Shown piece after piece: positions 57,893 to 64,000 of a stretch of 64,000 nt of DNA (the stretch's first letter is position 1; every line of letters begins with the position of its first letter). A program made the position numbers and the translations under genes. Source of the DNA: Scenedesmus sp. PABB004 (taxonomy: Eukaryota); contig JABVCE010000047.1 of NCBI GenBank assembly GCA_014905635.1, positions 1 to 64,000 on the forward strand, written 5' to 3'. Under the pieces are notes generated by a model, which was not told where the DNA came from, ran no database searches, and saw only the letters and a list, made by a program, of their open reading frames with translations.

Positions 57893-60394
57893 ATGCAGGC
57901 GCTCGCAGCGGACCGCTGGCCCGCGTGCCTCTGGTGGACTGCGGCGGCGAGCCTCGTGGGAGCCTTCCAGTTTGGTGAGCTAATGCAGCGAACTCGCGGC
58001 GGCCGCCGCACGCCCGCCGCGCGCCGCGACGCGGTTGCCGCCGCCCGCGCCGCCGCCAGGCTACGCCGCCGCGCTGCTCAACACGTGCCTGCCGGCGGTG
58101 AGCAAGGACCTGCGGTTCAGGCATGACGACCTGCTGTCATCGGCCGTGGTCGTCGGCGCCGCGCTCGGGGCTCTCGCAGCGGGCGGGCTCGCCGACCGGC
58201 TGGGCCCGCGCAACGCGCAGGTGCGCGCCTGCTGGCGGCGCACGGCGCCGAGCTCGGCACACGCTCCGGCGCCGACGCGGCCCGCGCTGCGCCTGGCGCC
58301 ACGTGCGCAGGCGGTCACCTGCCTCGCGTTTGTTTGCGGTGCGCTGACCACCGCCGCCGCGACGGGCCACCGCGCGTTTCTCTTCGGCCGCGCCGTGAGC
58401 GGCATCGGTGAGCGCCGCGCCGCGCCGCGCCCGGCCGCCGCGCGCGCGCGCCGCGCCGACGCCCGCGCCGCCGCCCGCGCCGCGCCCGCGCCAGGCGCGG
58501 GCGCGGCGAGCCTGCTCGTGCCTCGCACCCTGTGCGAGGTGTCGCCGCCCGGCCTGCGCGGCTGGCTGGGCAGCCTGAACCAGGTGCTCATAAATGCCGG
58601 CATCCTCGCCGCCCTCGCCGCGGGGCTCCCCCTCGAGGCGGGCGTGACGCGCATCGCCCTGGGCGGCGGCGCCGTCGCGTGGTGGCGCGCCATGGCGGCG
58701 GCCGCGGTGCTGCCGGCGGTGCTGCAGGTGCGCACTGCGGCGCCGCGGCGGCGGCCCCAGCCGCGCGCGCGCCGCGGCCGCCGCCGCCGCGCCCAGCGCG
58801 CCCGCCCCGGCGCCCGCAGGTCTTCCTGCTGGCGTCCTGCCCCGAGAGCCCGGTGTGGCTCGAGGGCGCGGGCATGCGCGACGCGGCGGACGAGGCGTGC
58901 ATGCGGCTGTGGGGCGCGGCCGCGCTGCTGGCGGAGCCAGACTACGACTACGACGCCGCTCGGGCGGCCAGCCTGGTCAGCGCGGCCGCGCAGCGCGCGC
59001 CCGACCCGCCCGGCGAGCGCGCCCTGCGCGGCGCCCCGCGCGGCGCCGGCGGCCTCGCCGCGCCGCTGCTGCGCAGCTCGAGCGGCCCCAGCGGCGCCGG
59101 CAGCAGCGGCGGCGGCGCGCGCGAGCCCCCGCCGGGCGGCCGGCCGCGCGGCTGGGGCGGCCTGGGCGCGCGCCGGTACCGCCGCATCGTGGCGCTGTGC
59201 CTCGCGCTGCCCCTGCTGCAGCAGGCGAGCGGCATCAACGTCGTCGTCTACTACTCCAGCAAGGCGCGACCCCAGCACGCACAGCGCGCGCACAGCACAC
59301 ACAGCGCGCGCCGCCAGCACGCCCAGCGCGCCCGCAGCATGCCCAGCGCGCGGCGCCCGGCGGCGGCGGCCCACCTGCGCGCCGAGCCGGCCCCCGCGCC
59401 GCGTCGCAGGTGTTTGCGGGCGCGGGCCTGGCCTCGCCCATCGCCGGGTCGATCGTGGTGGGCGGCGTCAACCTGTCCGTCACGCTCGGCGCGGCGCGCC
59501 TGCTGGACCGCGCGGGGCGGCGGCCGCTGCTGCTGGCGAGCTATGGCGCCATGGCGCTCGCGCTCGGGGGCGTGGCGGCGCTGGGCGCGGCGCGCCTGCC
59601 GCCCGCCGCCGCAGCGCGGGGGGTCGTGGGGCTGCTGCTGCTGTACGTCGCGGCCTTTGCGGTGGGCGCGGGCCCCGTCACGTGGGTGCTCCTGGGAGAG
59701 ATCCTCCCGCCTGAGATCAAGGGCGCCGCGGGGTCGCTCGCGACGGCCGGGGCGTGGGCAGGTGCGCGCAGCGCCCGGCGCGGGGCTGCGGAGGCGCCGC
59801 GCCGCGCCGCGCGGCCGGCCGCCCAGCCCTCCCGCCCAGCGCTCCCGCCCAGCACTCCCACCCCGCTCCCCGCCCCCGGCGCGCCAGGCAACCTGGCCGT
59901 GACCCTGAGCTTTGGCGGCCTCGTCGCGCGGCTGGGGCTGGGCGGCACGTTTGGGCTCTATGCCGCCGCCAACGCCGGCGCCGCGGCGCTGCTCGCCTGG
60001 CTGCTGGTGGAGACGCGGTGCCGGTGCGCCCGCGCCCCCGCGCGCGGGGCCAGGGGCGGGGCGAGGGCGAGGCGGCCACGCAGCCGGCCCGCGGCGCGCG
60101 CCGAGACGCCGCCGCGCGCCCCTGGCCCGCAGGACGCTGGCCGAGATTGAGCAGCTGCTGCTGCTCCCCGATCGGCCGCCCTGCCTGCGCGACCCGCTGC
60201 GGCAGCGCGGCGGCGGCGGCAGCAGCGGCGGCGACGGCGCCGGCGCGCTGCGCGGCAGCGCGCAGGGCGTGCCGGACCACGCGCGCCTGGGCGCCGTCGG
60301 GCTGTGCGCACCGCGGCAGCCGCCACCGCGGCCGCGCGGGCTGTCCAGCCCCGCCAGCCAGGCCGTGACGGCGCGGCTGCCGGGCGGCGGGTGA
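57893..60394 (+). CDS. MFS sugar porter (plastidic glucose transporter-like)
   Basis: GAFQFGY; LADRLGPR; EVSPPGLRG; PESPVWL; QQASGINVVVYYS; LLDRAGRRPLL; GAGPVTWVLLGEI; VETR..TLAEIE. Confidence 0.93.
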
Positions 60395-60534
60395 CGGCGG
60401 GAGCACGGCGCCGCCCGACGCCGCGCAGCGCTCGACGGCCCCGCCGTGAGGGCGCGGCGGCGCCGGCGCAGGGCCCGGGGTTCGGCGGCGCACGCGCGCC
60501 GCCGCCGGCGCCGCTCGAGCGGTCGCGCGATGCA

Positions 60535-61852
60535 ATGCTCTCCGTACACCGCGCCCAGCAGCCGCGACCCGCTCGGCACGCGCTCCGCCCTGAAGCAGCC
60601 GGCGCCCGCGCCGGCGGCGATCTCGCCGCCATGCACGCGTGCCCCACCACCAGCCGCGCCTGCAGCACACGCAGCTCCAACGCACGCCCATGCCCACAAC
60701 GGGCCGCGCCGTGCGCGCGCCGGCGCGCCGCGGCGGCGGCAGCGGCCAGCGACGCGAGCAGCAGCAGCGGCGCGGATCTGCCGGGCCCGCGCAACGCGTT
60801 CGTGCCGGGGCAGGAGTCGGAAAGTCGGCGGGAGCTGTTCAACCGCATCTCGCCGGTGTATGACGAGGTGCGGCCGCACGCGCGCGGCGGCGGCGCGCCC
60901 GCGACCGCAGCGCTCCGACGCGCGCCGCCGCGCTCGGCGCAGCTCAACGACCGGCTGAGCCTGGGGCAGCACCGCGTGTGGAAGCGCATGGCGGTGCGCT
61001 GGGCGCGGCCCAAGCCCGGCGGCCGCGCGCTCGACGTGTGCTGCGGCAGCGGCGACCTCGCGCAGCTGCTCGCCGCCGCGGTCGGCCCCAGCGGCGCGGT
61101 GACGGGGCTCGACTTTGCGCCCGAGATGCTGCAGGTGAGGCGGATCTCCCCGCCTCCCGCGGCGCGCGGCCGGCGCTGCGCCGCGGCGCGCGGCCGGCGC
61201 CCGCAGCCGCCCCGGCGTGCGCGCCCCGCGGCCGCCCCCCGCCAGCGCGCCCGCCGCGCCCGCGCGCTCAAACCAGGACGCCGCGCGGCGCGAGGCGGCG
61301 GCGGCGGCCGACGCGCCGTGGCGGCGCGCGGCGGCGGTCGAGTGGGTGCAGGGCGACGCGCTGGAGCTGCCGTTCAGCGGCGCCGCGTTTGACGCGGCGA
61401 CGATGGGCTACGGCCTGCGCAACGTGTCCGACATCCCGCGCGCGCTGGCGGAGCTCGCGCGCGTGCTGGCGCCGGGCGGGCGCGCGGCGGTGCTGGACTT
61501 CAACCGCAGCACCAGCCCGCTCGTCGACGGCCTGCAGGCGTGCGCGCAGGCGGCCGGCGCGAGCAGCCGGCGGCGCGGCGGCGCGGCGCGACGGCGCGGC
61601 GCGCGCTCACGCCCGCGCCGCCGCTCCGCGGCCCCGCCGCCGCGGCGCCAGGGCCTGCTGCTGGAGGGCCTGGTGGTGCCCGCGGCGGAGGCCTACGGCC
61701 TGGGCGACGAGTACCGCTACCTGCGGCCCAGCATACAGCGCTTCCCCACCGGCGCGGAGCAGGAGGCGCTCGCGCGCGCCGCCGGCTTCCGGCACGCCGT
61801 GCACTACGAGATCGGGTTCGGGCTCATGGGCTGCCTGGTCGCCACCAAGTAG
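60535..61852 (+). CDS. MENG: 2-phytyl-1,4-naphthoquinone methyltransferase (phylloquinone synthesis, UbiE/MenG family), chloroplast
   Basis: ELFNRISPVYDE-LNDRLSLGQHRVWKRM; LDVCCGSGDL; GDALELPF; TMGYGLRNV; EYRYLRPSI; HYEIGFGLMG. Confidence 0.93.
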
Positions 61853-62029
61853 GCCCGCGGGGCGCGCGCACACGGCGGCGGCGACCGACGTGGCGGACGC
61901 GGGACGACGCGCGCACTTGGCCGGCGGCGGCGTCCCACCTGCCCGGTGCTGCGTGGTGCGCACCAGTCGTGCCTGAACCGCCCCCGTCGTGCCCTGCTCG
62001 GCCGCGTGCGGGCCGCCGCCCTGCTCGCC

Positions 62030-62546
62030 GCGCGGCGGCCGCGAGCCCCGACCGCGCGCGGCTGCCCGCGGCTACGCGCGGCCACCGCTCTCCGCTGGCG
62101 CCAGGCACGCGCCCGCCCCGGCTGCGGGCCTGCCTGGCCTGGCCGGCGCTGAGCCTGCCGCACCACCGGGGCGCCGCGGGAGCACCGTCGACGGCCGCCG
62201 CCGAGCGCGTGCGGGCGCGCCAGGCGGCGTGCGGCCAGGCGCTGGCGCCGTGCGCCTGGTGAGCGTCCACGGCGGCACCTGCACGCGCGCTGGCCAGCGG
62301 GCTGCACCGCGCTCCAGCGAGGATTGTGAACCTCACCGGAGGTCTGGCGCAGTCGCGCATCGCGCGCGCCGCGCGGCGCGCCCGGCCGGCGCTGCACCAC
62401 ACAGCCCCTGCAGCCCCCACGCGCGCAGCACCCAGGGACGCCGCGAACGCGCTCCCGCCACACGTCTCGCGCGCGGTAGCGGCCGGGCGGGCGCAAGCGC
62501 CGCGCGCCCGCCGCGCGGCGTGGGAGGCGCGCCGGGGACGCACGCC
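62030..62546 (-). repeat. ~515-bp non-coding repeat, copy 2
   Basis: Inverted match to 57112-57627. Confidence 0.9.
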
Positions 62547-62672
62547 AAGGCGGCCGGTGGCGTGGGTGGCGCGCGGGGCGCCATGTGCGCGGCAGGCCAG
62601 CACGGCGCTCAAGATGCTCGGGGTGCGCGCCGCGCGGGCACGCCAAGGGCGGCCACGAGCGCTTCACGCCGC

Positions 62673-63692
62673 ATGCCCGTCGCTCACCGACCGCCCGCGG
62701 CGCGCGCAGGCGAGCCCAAGCCGGCCAGGCTGGAGGCGCCGTCCCGCGCCGCCGCCGGGGCGAGCCTGCTGGCCCGGCTGCGGCGCCAGGTGACGGGTGC
62801 GGCCAGGCAGAGCAATGACCAGCTGCTGCCTCCCGTCACGCACTCTGGCGGCGAGGACGAGAGTGCCGCTGCCGCGGGCGACGCCGGCAGCCCAGCGCGC
62901 GCGCAGCGCAGCGCCCTCGCGGCGGCCCGGCTGCAGCGCCTGTCGCAGCGGGTGCCGTCGCCCACCACCAGCACCAGCAGCGGCAGCAGTGTGGAACCGC
63001 TGCGCAAGCGCCCCGCCGAGGGGGGCGGCGCGGCGGAGCTGGTTCAGCGCCACAAGCTGGCCAAGGCGGCCTACGACACCCTCACGCGTCCGCAGCGGCA
63101 GCGCGACGACGACGAGCACCGCAGCCAGCAGCCGCAGCGCCCAGGCGACCTGGCGCCGGCGCCGTCGCTGCCGGCGCTGTCGGTGGTGGTGCGCGCGCTG
63201 CTGCAGCTCGCGGCGGAGCACGGCTCGCCCGCGGTGGCGGCGCAGCTGCGCGACCAGCTGCTGGCGCAGGTCAAGGCCGCGACCGCGGCCGCGCGCGGCG
63301 CGGGGCAGCCCGCCAGCGTGGCGGCGGCGCTGCACGGCGCGCTGCCGGCGCTGCGCGCCGCGGTGCGGGGCGTGTGCGGCGAGGCGCAGCTGGAGCTCGC
63401 GGCGGCGGCGCTTGCTGGCGAGGACGCGGCGGCGGTGGTCATCCTGCCCGAGGCGGCGCCGCGCCCAGGTCGCGGCGGCGACGCCGGGCCGGCGGCCTGC
63501 CCGGCCCGCGGCATCGCCGGCGGGGCGGCGAGCGCCCTGGAGACGGCCCTGCTGCAGGCGGAGTGCGAGGTCCAGCTCGGCGGGCTGGCGCTGGCCGAGG
63601 CGCGCGGCGGGGGCGGCCTGAAGCTGGGCGAGGCAGACATGGAGGCCCTGCTCGCCGCGGAGATGGCGTCGGCGATGGCGGCCGAGCTGTGA
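62673..63692 (+). CDS. Hypothetical protein, apparently intronless, paralog of the 55479 gene
   Basis: Open frame from ATG 62673. The C-terminal part contains two blocks nearly identical to the minus-strand copy. Confidence 0.65.
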   Translation: MPVAHRPPAARAGEPKPARLEAPSRAAAGASLLARLRRQVTGAARQSNDQLLPPVTHSGGEDESAAAAGDAGSPARAQRSALAAARLQRLSQRVPSPTTSTSSGSSVEPLRKRPAEGGGAAELVQRHKLAKAAYDTLTRPQRQRDDDEHRSQQPQRPGDLAPAPSLPALSVVVRALLQLAAEHGSPAVAAQLRDQLLAQVKAATAAARGAGQPASVAAALHGALPALRAAVRGVCGEAQLELAAAALAGEDAAAVVILPEAAPRPGRGGDAGPAACPARGIAGGAASALETALLQAECEVQLGGLALAEARGGGGLKLGEADMEALLAAEMASAMAAEL

Positions 63693-64000
63693 GGCGCGCC
63701 GCCAGCACGGCGGCGCCCTGGCGAGCACGGCCGCGCTGGCTTGATCTGACCTGCCCCTTGCACACTGCATAGTGGCGGCATGTTTGCGCTCGCCGCCCGC
63801 ACCCCCCTTTCGGCTATTGCAACGCTGCGTGTGCGGATGCCCCCCTTCCTTTGGTGAGCACTGCAGGGCAACAGCCCTACGCCGGGCCTCGATGCCCCTT
63901 GACACCACCTAGAAAAGCCTGCCGCGCCTGCATGCCTTTATTCTCGGTGCCAACCAACTGCGACGTGCATATCTTGCTGGTGGGCATCTCTTCATAACAC

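Noticed and set aside
57893..61852. Sugar porter + MenG, or P450 + Rieske oxygenase, considered as a metabolic gene cluster
   Set aside because: The pathways are unrelated and housekeeping genes are interspersed. Nothing beyond adjacency links them.
55441..63730. Inverted arms considered as terminal inverted repeats of a gene-capturing transposon
   Set aside because: No transposase, no target-site duplication and no sharp termini seen. The arms consist of host-gene sequence.
1..64000. Very long Arg/Ala/Pro/Gly-rich ORFs in the track (e.g. 39509-43906, 30275-33364, 51700-54699)
   Set aside because: Stop codons are rare at about 80% GC. These frames run through introns or lie antisense or off-frame to real spliced genes.
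63730..64000. AT-richer segment at the right edge, possibly the start of a mobile element or ncRNA
   Set aside because: Truncated by the window, with no diagnostic motif; compatible with 3' UTR or intergenic DNA.

Overview
Eukaryotic nuclear DNA, roughly 80% GC by eye, gene-dense and intron-rich. TGTAA poly(A) signals, CCCTAAA motifs and plastid-targeted genes point to a chlorophyte green alga (Sphaeropleales-like is a guess). Most long entries in the ORF track are GC-driven artefacts; the real genes are spliced. About 25 protein genes can be assembled by hand: STT3 first exon, an eEF2K-type alpha-kinase, a cytochrome P450, TIM44, a PAO/TIC55-type Rieske oxygenase, an RbcX-like protein, a CNNM/DUF21 transporter, Pumilio, an AGP-like GPI protein, a SpoU methyltransferase, a mitochondrial carrier, a CMT1/GDT1 transporter, RPL34, a MAK-type kinase, an MFS sugar porter, MenG and several unknowns. 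Highlights: (1) an animal-style eEF2 kinase that keeps the calmodulin-binding Trp and the SEL1-like tail; (2) an H/ACA snoRNA in the last RPL34 intron with two readable rRNA guides; (3) a perfect Pumilio element in the Pumilio gene's own 3' UTR; (4) two local inverted duplications that bracket genes; (5) at least 13 GC-AG introns, about 10% of the total. Gene models, splice sites and family calls are by eye and from recalled motifs; no database search was run.
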